From assembly GCA_963737945.1 (NCBI GenBank), contig CAVTUR010000016.1, positions 128,317-192,316 of the forward strand: 64,000 bases of DNA, in the 5' to 3' direction. This DNA comes from Blastocatellia bacterium (lineage in GTDB: Bacteria; Acidobacteriota; Blastocatellia; UBA7656). Below are positions 19,826-29,129 of the stretch, one piece after another. Below the pieces are notes generated by a model. That model ran no database searches. It was not told where the DNA came from and was given only the letters and a program-made list of their open reading frames with translations. A program made the position numbers and the translations under genes. Position 1 is the stretch's first letter, and each line of letters begins with the position of its first letter.

Positions 19826-22800
19826 ATGCAGAAGTCGAAAGCAGCGAGGAGCGAGGGGCGGCCCGACGCGGTGTGGGTGATTCTGGTCTGCTTCTTCGCC
19901 TCAGGGGTAAGCGGCCTGGTATACCAGGTCGTATGGGTGCGCGAGTTGGTGCTGGTCTTCGGGGCAACGACGTTCGCCGTAAGCACGGTTCTCACCGCCT
20001 TCATGGGAGGCCTCGCCTTAGGAAGCTACTATTTCGGGCGTCGCTCGGAGACAGTCGAGCGTCCGCTCCGACTCTACGGGTTGCTAGAGATTGGCATTGG
20101 CCTATACAGCCTTGCCGTGCCGCTGATCTTCGCGGCTCTTCCAGGGGTCTATCATTACTTCTGGCGGTGGCAGCTCTCATTTTTCGCATTGAGCATATTA
20201 AGGTTCGTGTTTGCGACGCTGGTGTTGATTGTGCCAACGGCGTTGATGGGGGCCACTCTGCCGGTTCTGTCGAGCTTCTATGTGCGCGACGTCGGCCGCA
20301 TAGGATTACGCGTCGGCTCGCTTTATGCGCTCAACACATTCGGAGCGGTGCTCGGCGCGGCAGCAACCGGGTTCGTGCTGATTCCGTCGCTGGGAATGAC
20401 CGCAGCAACGACCACGGCCGCGTCAATGAACGTTCTGCTCGGTGTTGTTGCGTTGACCGTTTCTCGCAAAGCCGAACGCACTCCACACGAACAAGCCGCG
20501 GTCCCGGTTGACGAGCCAGAGGCGAAAAAGAGTCCGGCACTGCCCGCGAGCGAATCTCAACCCGGTCAGATCACAGTTGTCATCGCAGGATTCGCCATAA
20601 GCGGCTTCGTAGCACTCTCCTATGAGGTAATCTGGAGCCGGGTGCTTGCGCTGATAATCGGATCATCGGTCTACGCGTTCAGCATAATGCTGACGACTTT
20701 TCTCGTAGGGCTCGCCGCCGGAGCCACGATCGCGTCGCGGTTGGTTGACCGTATTCGCAGACCCGTGCGTATGTTCGCATTGATTGAGGTCGCGGTCGGC
20801 GTCTCGTCTTTGGGCGGCGCCTACCTGTTCAACGATCTGCCCTATGTCTTCGTTCAGCTTTACCGTTGGTTCGACAGCGGCGCCTTTGGGCTTTTGTTGT
20901 TTGCGCGGTTCTTGATTGCGTCATTTGTAATGATAGTTCCGACCGTCCTGCTGGGTGCGCTGTTTCCACTGGTAGTTCGAATCATATCCAGTCGCAAACT
21001 GGCGCGCACGACCGGCCGAACGGTTGGCGACGCTTATGCCGCCAACACACTCGGTGCGATCGCCGGTTCGTTCGCGAGCGGCTTTATTTTGGTACCGTGG
21101 CTGGGACTGTTGGGAAGCCTCAAGCTGTGCGTTGCGTTCAACTTTGTTGTGGCGGCCGCCGCGTTCTCGGCTTCTGCGTGGCGGCCGGCCGGAAAACGCA
21201 GCCGACCGAAAAACATAAATTTTAGCGCGACGCTAGGCGTTGCGATATCCGTGATGCTGATCATCGTGGTTGCGCTGGGCGAGCCGCCGTGGGACCCGGA
21301 AGTCATGTCAAGTGCGGTGTATCGCTATGCTCCGTCGCTGATGGATAAGAGCAGGCAGGAGCTGTTTGAGTATCTCAAGAGCGGGCAGGGTGAAACGATC
21401 TTCTATAAGGAGGGCATAACCGCAACCGTAGCAGTCCAGCGGCAAGGCGGGGGGCGAGTGCTCAAGGTCAACGGCAAGCCCGAGGCTTCAACCGCCGGCG
21501 ATATGCCGACTCAAATTCTGATCGGCGCGCTTCCATTGCTGGTCCGCGAGCATACTGACGACGTTTTGCTGATTGGTCTGGGAAGCGGCGTCACTCTTGG
21601 AACGGTCGAGCAGTTCCCGGTGAAGCGGGTCACTTGCGTCGAACTCGAACCGGCGGTGATCGAAGCGTCCCACCACTTCGAAGATGTCAACAACCGTCCT
21701 CTCGAAGATCCGCGGTTGCGAATGATCTCGAACGATGGCCGCAACTTTATTTACACAACTGATGAAAAATTCGATGTGATCGTGTCTGAGCCGTCGAATC
21801 CGTGGGTGACCGGTGTCGCGAATCTTTTCACGCTCGAATACTTCAAGCGCGGCGCTGAACGACTCAAGGACGACGGGCTGTTCAGCCAGTGGCTCCAAAT
21901 CTATGAGATGGCCCCCGAAGATGTCCGCACTCTCATCGCCACTTTCCGCGCGGCGTTTCCAAATGTGTATCTGTTTCGCGGCGCCGAAGGGGACCTCATG
22001 TTGCTGGGCAGCAAGAGCGAGCGCCGTTTGGATCTCTCGGTTCTCAAGTCCCATTTTGACGATCCGAAGTCCGGCGCCGAACTAAAGCGGATCGGCACCT
22101 CGACAGCGGCCGATATCATCTCGCGCTTCTATCTTGGGCCCGCCGAGGTGACAAGCCTCTCGGCCGGGGCGCGGCTCAACACAGATGACAACGCATTGAT
22201 CGAGTTTAACGCGCCGCGGCGAGTGGGGACGGCCGAAGAGACGGTCGCTCGTAACTTGAAACAGCTATTAAACTACGCGGCATCGCCTCTGAGCTATATC
22301 GATCGAGGTAGGAGTTTCTCTGGCAGCGAAGCGGACCTGCTGACTCAGGCTGCGCTTGAGGCCGTCAGACGAAATGATAAGGAGCGCGCCGAGCAGTTTG
22401 TCACCTACTCGCTGGAGTTTGGCGAGACTGCTCAGGCACACGACATCCTTGGAGAGTTGCGGCAGGCGCGCGGCGACGAGGCCGGAGCGATCGAGGCCTG
22501 GGAGACGGCGCTGGCGATCGACCCCAATCACTTCTTCACCTTGATAGATCTCGGGAAGCTCTATTTGACTAAACAGGACATTCCACGCTCGATACCTTAT
22601 CTTGACCGAGCCATCCAGATTGATCCCGGCAGCGCTCGCGCCCATCACCTGCGAGGGCTTGCATATCAGGCCGGCGGCGACAACGCGCAGGCGGCCCGTG
22701 AATACCGCAAGGCGCTTCCTGACGTGCAGTACACCCGCTCGATCCCTACTTACTATCTGAACTTTGGCACGGCCCTTATGCAGATTGATCTGTATGAGGA

Positions 22801-23068
22801 AGCGGCACAGATGCTTCAGGAGTTCTCGCGACTGGCGCCCAATGATTTCGAAGGCCACTTCCAGCTCGGCGCTGCATATGAAATACAGTCCGAGCGTGCG
22901 CTGGACGATTCGACCACCCGCCGGGCGGTCGAGGAGTTGAAGCTCGCGCTATCGATCCAGCCAAACCACGCACGGGCGCACTATTACCTGAGCAAGGCTT
23001 ACCGGCGTCTTGAGCAGTATGACCTTGCGGACGCCGAGTTCGAGATATTCGAAAGCCTCTCTCCTTAA
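19826..23068 (+). CDS. Fused polytopic membrane (MFS-like) / spermidine-synthase-like methyltransferase / C-terminal TPR protein
   Basis: 1080 aa; about 14 TM N-terminal half; spermidine synthase fold (LLIGLGSGVTLG...VIVSEPSNPW); C-terminal TPR repeats. Confidence 0.8.
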   Translation: MQKSKAARSEGRPDAVWVILVCFFASGVSGLVYQVVWVRELVLVFGATTFAVSTVLTAFMGGLALGSYYFGRRSETVERPLRLYGLLEIGIGLYSLAVPLIFAALPGVYHYFWRWQLSFFALSILRFVFATLVLIVPTALMGATLPVLSSFYVRDVGRIGLRVGSLYALNTFGAVLGAAATGFVLIPSLGMTAATTTAASMNVLLGVVALTVSRKAERTPHEQAAVPVDEPEAKKSPALPASESQPGQITVVIAGFAISGFVALSYEVIWSRVLALIIGSSVYAFSIMLTTFLVGLAAGATIASRLVDRIRRPVRMFALIEVAVGVSSLGGAYLFNDLPYVFVQLYRWFDSGAFGLLLFARFLIASFVMIVPTVLLGALFPLVVRIISSRKLARTTGRTVGDAYAANTLGAIAGSFASGFILVPWLGLLGSLKLCVAFNFVVAAAAFSASAWRPAGKRSRPKNINFSATLGVAISVMLIIVVALGEPPWDPEVMSSAVYRYAPSLMDKSRQELFEYLKSGQGETIFYKEGITATVAVQRQGGGRVLKVNGKPEASTAGDMPTQILIGALPLLVREHTDDVLLIGLGSGVTLGTVEQFPVKRVTCVELEPAVIEASHHFEDVNNRPLEDPRLRMISNDGRNFIYTTDEKFDVIVSEPSNPWVTGVANLFTLEYFKRGAERLKDDGLFSQWLQIYEMAPEDVRTLIATFRAAFPNVYLFRGAEGDLMLLGSKSERRLDLSVLKSHFDDPKSGAELKRIGTSTAADIISRFYLGPAEVTSLSAGARLNTDDNALIEFNAPRRVGTAEETVARNLKQLLNYAASPLSYIDRGRSFSGSEADLLTQAALEAVRRNDKERAEQFVTYSLEFGETAQAHDILGELRQARGDEAGAIEAWETALAIDPNHFFTLIDLGKLYLTKQDIPRSIPYLDRAIQIDPGSARAHHLRGLAYQAGGDNAQAAREYRKALPDVQYTRSIPTYYLNFGTALMQIDLYEEAAQMLQEFSRLAPNDFEGHFQLGAAYEIQSERALDDSTTRRAVEELKLALSIQPNHARAHYYLSKAYRRLEQYDLADAEFEIFESLSP

Positions 23069-23169
23069 GCCCGCGACAGAACCGCGCGAAATGCTTTTTG
23101 GCTCCAACGAGAAACCAGGAAAGCGATTCTGGCTTCTCCAGTACGGCAAGATCGATTGACCGGATTATA

Positions 23170-23232
23170 GGGTGCGCGCAAAAACATGACGCGCACCCCA
23201 ACGCGGCATGAAACTCTGACGCGCACCCCGGA
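23170..23232. promoter_or_regulatory. Cis-module with two TGACGCGCACCCC boxes (23187-23199, 23217-23229) and an upstream palindrome GGGTGCGCG-N11-CGCGCACCC, upstream of the HExxH gene
   Basis: Seen directly; near-identical inverted copy at 25461-25520. Confidence 0.5.
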
Positions 23233-23358
23233 TTATTCTGTTGGTGTTTCCGGGGATTTGACGTACAGTGGTTTTGCTGGAACTTCTGCTGCGCCAGGCA
23301 TTCAACATGTTGCCGGGGCGGTGGTGCCGCATTTCTTCAGATCGAAACGGGGCTGCGA

Positions 23359-24405
23359 ATGGCGAGCTTCAAAAGAATAATGATCACGGTCGGCGTGATT
23401 CTATTCTTCACTCAATCGGCTCTTGCCGAGGCTAAACCTGTTTCGTATCAATCCATTCTCGAGAGGCTCCTCGACAACCAGCGCGTTGTAAACATTGTCG
23501 ATGATTTTCTCGTCTTCTGGGACCGCGCTAAGGATCAGGGGCCGAGCGTCCAACGAAGACTGTGGAAGCGTCTGGTCGAAAACAAGCATCAGGACTATTT
23601 TGATCGAGCGGTCTACCGAACAACAGACCCGGATATCCGGCGTGCGATGCTGGATGAATTCCTGATTCGCGTGCCGAGTCAGGTCGAGGCAATTCGCGAG
23701 TTCAACAGATCGATTTCCGACCTTCCAACCAGCCCGCTCGTCGAAACGGTCATCCTGTTTAAATCGCGCTTCCGCCAATACCACCAGCAGGGTGCTCTAT
23801 ACATCGGCTTGAGCATGTTCAGATTTGATGGCGCCGTGCGGCCGGTGCAGAACCAGGAAGGCATCCCGGACACTCTTTGCCTTGGAGCGGAAGTGCTGGC
23901 AGGTTATACACGAGAACAGATTCGCATCGCTATCAGTCACGAATTTTTCCACCTCTATCATTTCGGCTTCTTATTTCAGGACGCCGACGAGATGTCGCCC
24001 GCTGAGTTCTCGACAGCACACATTCCCTTGATGATCGAAGGCATGGCCGCAGCCGGCGCTCAGGAGGTTCTTCCCTACGACACACCCGACATGTATTTGC
24101 ATTTCGAAAAAGACGAACTCGCGGTCCAGCAACAGGAACTGGCGCAGCACGCCAGTCAGTTCCTCGATCTGATCCGAGAGGGAGCCCCTCCCGAGGTTTA
24201 CCAGAGGTGGTTCACCCAAACTCATCTCGGGGACGCGCCGCCGAGGGGAGGCTATCTTCTTGGGTATGAGGTGGCCAGGCGAGTGATGGCCACGTACGGG
24301 ATCGAGCAAATGGTCCGGATGACTCCCGGCGAACTGCGCGAGCACTCCGAAGAACAACTTGAAGCGATAGCCAACGAGGGCATTCTGCTGATGGCCTCAC
24401 ATTGA
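23359..24405 (+). CDS. Secreted hypothetical protein with HExxH motif (putative Zn-metallopeptidase-like, DUF2268-like)
   Basis: Signal peptide MASFKRIMITVGVILFFTQSALAEA; HEFFHLYH motif. Confidence 0.55.
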   Translation: MASFKRIMITVGVILFFTQSALAEAKPVSYQSILERLLDNQRVVNIVDDFLVFWDRAKDQGPSVQRRLWKRLVENKHQDYFDRAVYRTTDPDIRRAMLDEFLIRVPSQVEAIREFNRSISDLPTSPLVETVILFKSRFRQYHQQGALYIGLSMFRFDGAVRPVQNQEGIPDTLCLGAEVLAGYTREQIRIAISHEFFHLYHFGFLFQDADEMSPAEFSTAHIPLMIEGMAAAGAQEVLPYDTPDMYLHFEKDELAVQQQELAQHASQFLDLIREGAPPEVYQRWFTQTHLGDAPPRGGYLLGYEVARRVMATYGIEQMVRMTPGELREHSEEQLEAIANEGILLMASH

Positions 24406-24498
24406 CCAGCTCGTATAAGTCCCAATCTTGTTTTTGAATGAGCGAAGCCGTCGATGACTTTGTCGACCGATGGTTCGCCACGGGTAGGGATTATCAGT

Positions 24499-25350
24499 TC
24501 AGGCAAGATACTTGATCAAAACCACCTCGTTTCCTCTTTCGCTGTAAATCAGCTCATCGACGAGCTTCTTTGCAATCAGAATACCGAATCCTCCCGGGCG
24601 AATCTCGTGATCGAGGCGGTACATGACGTGATCGATTGGAGAGTCTGGCGCATTTGAGATCGCCGCGTGCGGTAGACACTGAAACGAGAATCCTTCCCCA
24701 GGGTCCTCAATCCGATAGACTATTACCCGAATGGTCCGCATACAGGATATTTCGACCTGTTGATCCGGATCGAAACTTGCGCCGTGCTCCATAGCGTTCA
24801 TCAGCATCTCTCGGAAAGCCGTAGCGATGTCCTCGCGTTCAGCGGCCGCCAAGTCCATCTTGAGCTCGCGAAAGAACTGCACCACTCTCTCCGCGGTAAC
24901 CTTTCTGCACTTAACCTTGAGAGCTATCCACTCAGGCTTTGCCGACTTGACTTCAATGGCGTCGTCCCAGGTTGATATGCCTAGTGCTTGAGCGATCATG
25001 TCCTTTAGCGCATTCGAGTCGAAGGGTTTGCTGAAGTAACTAAAAGCGTGCTGTCTTATCGCATTGAGAACCATACCCGGCGCACTCTCAGACGCGATGA
25101 CTATCACCTTCGTACCCGGTCGTATCTGATGAATTCGCGACAGCAGTGCGAGGTCGGACGCTCCGGTTGTTTCGGCGTCAGTCAGAACAAGGTCATACGT
25201 GTTTGCTTCAATATGCGCTAGACAGCCTGCGTCGTCGAGCGCCATTTCTACATGCAACTGGCAGGCAGATCCCAGGTCGGTGAGCACATCGAGAACAGTC
25301 TGATCCACGCCAACCACCAATACGGTCCTGGGTGCAATGGGCATCATCAA
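24499..25350 (-). CDS. Response-regulator receiver domain fused to a GHKL/HATPase_c (RsbW-like anti-sigma kinase type) domain
   Basis: Receiver with phospho-Asp context (LVLTDAETTG); C-terminal ATPase-like region (IEDPGEGF, GGFGILIAKKLVDEL). Confidence 0.7.
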   Translation of the reverse strand: MMMPIAPRTVLVVGVDQTVLDVLTDLGSACQLHVEMALDDAGCLAHIEANTYDLVLTDAETTGASDLALLSRIHQIRPGTKVIVIASESAPGMVLNAIRQHAFSYFSKPFDSNALKDMIAQALGISTWDDAIEVKSAKPEWIALKVKCRKVTAERVVQFFRELKMDLAAAEREDIATAFREMLMNAMEHGASFDPDQQVEISCMRTIRVIVYRIEDPGEGFSFQCLPHAAISNAPDSPIDHVMYRLDHEIRPGGFGILIAKKLVDELIYSERGNEVVLIKYLA

Positions 25351-25460
25351 CTCTCCGAAGTCCGTTGAGTCGGATTCTATTGGATGGTTCCCCCTGCCGC
25401 AACGGCATCTTGCGGCTAAAAGGTCCGCACCTCAAGCCAAACGCCCTCGGAGGGAATCTG

Positions 25461-25520
25461 AACGCACTCCGGGTGCGCGTCAGATTTTTGCGCCGCGTTG
25501 GGGTGCGCGTCATGTTATTC
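25461..25520. promoter_or_regulatory. Inverted copy of the TGACGCGCACCC cis-module (boxes at 25471-25482 and 25500-25512 on the minus strand), upstream of the REC-GHKL gene
   Basis: About 80% identical over ~52 bp to the reverse complement of 23170-23232, with a 24-nt perfectly identical core (AACATGACGCGCACCCCAACGCGG). Confidence 0.5.
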
Positions 25521-25607
25521 CGCGAAACGGTTTGTTTGGACACTTCAACCCACGCAGTGGGTGGTAGTGACTAAACCGAATTGACTAAACCGGTGTGCCC
25601 GAAAACC

Positions 25608-25619
25608 TGACGCGCACCC
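25608..25619 (+). promoter_or_regulatory. Single TGACGCGCACCC box ~110 bp upstream of the CBS-pair gene
   Basis: Exact 12-mer match. Confidence 0.4.
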
Positions 25620-25730
25620 TGAACACTCCGGTGGAGGGTCATTTGCCCTTGCTGTATAGTAAATGCGCTCGTTCATGCGGTAGTGGTCGTTGTTAATGTA
25701 CTCGGAAATAGTTGAGCCGCAGGTGCACCA

Positions 25731-26201
25731 ATGAAAGTAAGAGAAATAATGTCGCATCCTGTCATCACGGTTAGCGAGGACACCTCTCTTGAGGAAATCG
25801 CGAAGATAATGCTTCAGCATCGAATCGCCTGCGTGCCGGTGGTTGACGCCGATTCGAAGCTCGTAGGCATCGTGACCGAATCAAACTTCACCGCAAAGGA
25901 AAAGTGGCTGCCGTTTACCAGGTTGTCGCTTCCCCAGCTATTCGGGGATTACATGGGATCCGGTGAGGTTGATTCGATTTACCAGGCCGCGAGGACAATA
26001 ACCGCCCGCGAAGTGATGAGCACATCAGTCATCGCGGTAACCGAGGAAGAACTGGTGAGGGTGGTGCTGGAGAAGATGGTCGGCAACAGCGTCGCACACA
26101 TTCCGGTTGTTCGCGACGGTGTGCCCGTAGGAATGGTCACCCGGCATGATCTTCTCAAGATGATGCTGGAACACGAGAATAAGTTAGAGAGCGAGCCCTG
26201 A
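25731..26201 (+). CDS. CBS domain pair protein
   Basis: Two CBS motifs (IMSHPVITV..., VMSTSVIAV...). Confidence 0.85.
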   Translation: MKVREIMSHPVITVSEDTSLEEIAKIMLQHRIACVPVVDADSKLVGIVTESNFTAKEKWLPFTRLSLPQLFGDYMGSGEVDSIYQAARTITAREVMSTSVIAVTEEELVRVVLEKMVGNSVAHIPVVRDGVPVGMVTRHDLLKMMLEHENKLESEP

Positions 26202-26321
26202 CTCGCCGCGGTTGGGTGTAGCCGGCTCCTTACCACAGAATTCAGATCCGAAGGATCAATCTCGCATTCCACGACGCGACCCCTACACGGTCAGAACCGT
26301 CCTCGTCAAAGAGCGAACGCC

Positions 26322-27239
26322 CTATTGCGCCTCATTGATTTGTTTCAACAACTGCTCTGCGAGAATCGAGTTTCTCTCTCTTAGCAACCGGTACTGCCCC
26401 ATCGCAGATGTCTTGTCACCGAGTTTTAGATAGGTCTGGGCGAGATTCACGTACATAGATGCCTGGGGCGCAAGGGCGATCGCTCGTTTGAAAGGTTCGA
26501 CGGCCTGTTGATACATGTCCCTTCTGAAATAAATCAACGCTATAGCCCTGTATGCGGCGGCCTTGGTTTCGGTAGTCAGGTTGAGAGCCACCGCCTGGTT
26601 GTAAGCACCAAGCGCCTCGTCGTACTGATTCAGCTTCATGTCGAGGGCGCCAAGCGCGACCTGCGCATCGCCATATGCCGGCTCAATTTCGACCGCCCGC
26701 GCATACGCTTTCAAGGCATCGACGAATTGTTCGTTGTCTTCATACGCGACTCCGAGCCTATAGTGGAGCTTGGGGTTTTGCGGATTCGCGGCGATTTGCT
26801 GTTTCAGCCGCTCTATGATCCTGTCGCGTAAAACATACTCCGGCAGGTTGAATGTAAAGGTAAGAGTTCCGATAACCTTCACAGGCGTACCCTGCAGAAT
26901 CGTCGGCTTAAATGTCCAGCCGCGGGCCGCATCCACCGCAGCCTCCTTGAGCAGCATATGCCCTGAGAGTGCGCGAGCAGAAGTAACCATGCCGCTCTCG
27001 TCTACATTCACTTCAACAAGGACCGTGCCGAATATCCGAGCAGCCACCGCCGCAGGGGGATAGACGGGATCGACACGATTGATCGCCGACGTTTGCAATG
27101 CAGCATTCGCTTTGCGAGTGATCTTTGGCGGCTCAGGCTTCTTCCTTTGCGCCGCCTCCACCGGCCCTGGACCAACCAGCGCGGCACAGAACCAGCCGAG
27201 CACAACGCTCAATCGCAATGTGTCCAAATTCATACCCAA
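26322..27239 (-). CDS. TonB C-terminal domain protein with TPR repeats (secreted/periplasmic)
   Basis: Signal peptide; TonB_C-like segment (VDPVYPPAAVAARIFGTVLVEVNVDESG); TPR repeats in the C-terminal half. Confidence 0.65.
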   Translation of the reverse strand: MGMNLDTLRLSVVLGWFCAALVGPGPVEAAQRKKPEPPKITRKANAALQTSAINRVDPVYPPAAVAARIFGTVLVEVNVDESGMVTSARALSGHMLLKEAAVDAARGWTFKPTILQGTPVKVIGTLTFTFNLPEYVLRDRIIERLKQQIAANPQNPKLHYRLGVAYEDNEQFVDALKAYARAVEIEPAYGDAQVALGALDMKLNQYDEALGAYNQAVALNLTTETKAAAYRAIALIYFRRDMYQQAVEPFKRAIALAPQASMYVNLAQTYLKLGDKTSAMGQYRLLRERNSILAEQLLKQINEAQ

Positions 27240-27507
27240 ATTCCCTCGTTCAACCTGCCCACGACTTCAACCGGTGCTTTTTGCAGTCCCATTTCCGACC
27301 TTCGATGCAGTCGCGAAGCGCTAGCCAGAGTTTACCCTTCTCAATCAACAAACGAAGCCGTGAAACCACTCAGATTGCCTGAGTGGTTTCACCTATAGCC
27401 GTGGGTCCGTGTGACTCCGTGAGCAACGTCTGATTTACGGCGATCGGGCAGGCCTCAAGCCCAAGCCCAATCGATTGCGCTGCCGGCTGATCGTACGCGC
27501 AAGACAA

Positions 27508-29090
27508 TCAGGTCTGTTCTGCATCTTGCGTCGCGCCGCCCTCACCACCAGCTCCAAGATACGCATCGAGCTGTTCATTCAGTTCTTCGTACGCGGCGCC
27601 GGTCAGTATTCCCTCGCGGAGCAGATCGCGAAATCGTGCTTTTCTCACATCAGTCAAATGAGTCCTGATTCGGCGAATCTGTTCGTGTTCGACAAGCTGC
27701 TCAACTTCCCCGAGCTCGGCAGCCCGCCTGAGTAGCTCCTGCTGCGAGTCAGCGATCTCGGTTCTCAGCGCCTGAAAGACACGGTCGGTGATCATGCCAC
27801 GCGATTGCAGGTCATCCAGTTCGGCAAGCGCGGCAGCATCACCTAACAACTGCCCGTGAACTAACTCGTAGTCCTTCAACTTTGGCTCCGGCTGAGTAAA
27901 CCCAAGCCATCTTAGCAAAGGAGAAATCGTCAAGCCTTGAACCAGCAGGCTGAAGATGACCACGCCAAAAATCATTATGACCAGTTGAGACCTGCCCGGA
28001 AAGGACGCCGGCAAACTCAACGCGAGCGCCATCGAGAGCGATCCGCGCAAACCGCCCCAAACTAACACGTGCTGCCATCGCAGTGGTACGGCGAGGTAAA
28101 GCGGTTAGTTAACGGCATCAATCCGTAGATCGCAATCGCCCGCGCGCACAACAATGCCAGGACCGCCCAACCAATCGGCACTATGTTCTCAACCAGCTTT
28201 GGCAGTTCCATCTCCATACCGATCAGAAGAAACACAAGCGAGTTCACCACAAACGCGGCATACTCCCAAAATGAATTGACCGCTACCTGCGTGGATGCCG
28301 ACATCCCGGTGCGCCTCCCAAAGTTGCCTATGATAAGACCCGCCAGAAGCACCGCAATAACAGGCGATACGTGAAGTCCTTCAGCGCCCAGAAACGACCC
28401 GTAGGCCGCAATTGTGGTGAGGGTAATCTCCAGGAGATGGTCATCAAAGTAAGACGTCAGAGTCGAAGCGACGATGCCAACTATTGCTCCAACGGCGACT
28501 CCTCCGAGCACCACCACAAAAAACTCTCGAAGTGAACCCAGAACCAGCCCGCTGGTGGAACTGGAGGTTGCACCGATCGCGATACCAAGAACTATGCGAA
28601 ATACCACGACCGCGGTTCCGTCGTTGAACAAGCTCTCTCCTTCCAACAGGGTGGTCAACCGCGTCGGTAAGTTTAGCTTCTTGAATATCGCCAGCACGGA
28701 AACCGGATCGGTGGCTGAGATCATCGCGCCAAACAGTAGAGCCCCTTGCCAGGAGATGCCTGCGCCAAAGTGCAGGATTGCGCCGATTACACCCACCGAT
28801 AGACAGACCCCAACTACAGCAAGAGTAAGTATCGGCATCAGGTTTTCGCGCAGGTGGTCGAGCTTGAGATTCCAGGCGGCGTCAAACAGCAGGGCCGGCA
28901 GGAAAATCAGAAGTATCAACTCCGGAGAAATGTGCACGCTCGGCAGGAAATGCATCGGGGTGATGATGAGGCCAACGATGACGAGCATAAGCGTATAGGG
29001 CACTCGCACCCACTTCGCCGCCATTGCCACCCCGGATGCGACAAGCAGCAAAGTAATAAACACCGTGATTGTAAAGTGTGTGTCATTCAT
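27508..29090 (-). pseudogene. CPA1-family Na+/H+ antiporter (NhaP-like) split by a frame disruption (ORFs 28062..29090 and 27508..28068); pseudogene or assembly indel
   Basis: The N-terminal ORF ends ...LTNRFTSPYHCDGSTC* while the conserved segment PLRWQHVLVWGGLRGSLSMALALSLP continues in the other frame; removing 1 nt near 28090 restores one ORF. Confidence 0.7.
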
Positions 29091-29129
29091 AGTCGGAGAA
29101 ACGGATTCGATTCAAGGGCTCGCAACGCT

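Noticed and set aside
19522-20540. Minus-strand ORFs 19522..20004, 19674..19967, 20001..20237, 20331..20540 and plus-strand ORF 19873..20511
   Set aside because: They overlap the start and first TM region of the large membrane gene (19826..23068); Arg/Pro-rich low-complexity translations typical of off-frame GC-rich DNA.
23258-23300. Possible sigma54 -24/-12 element (TGGAAC-N5-CTGCG) upstream of the HExxH gene
   Set aside because: Only a partial consensus match and no enhancer-binding-protein (AAA+ sigma54 activator) gene nearby; the REC-GHKL regulator is not NtrC-like.
27839-28078. ORFs 27839..28078 (-), 27475..27735 (+), 28183..28374 (+), 28474..28998 (+) and 28854..29156 (+)
   Set aside because: All lie inside or antisense to the NhaP antiporter coding region.
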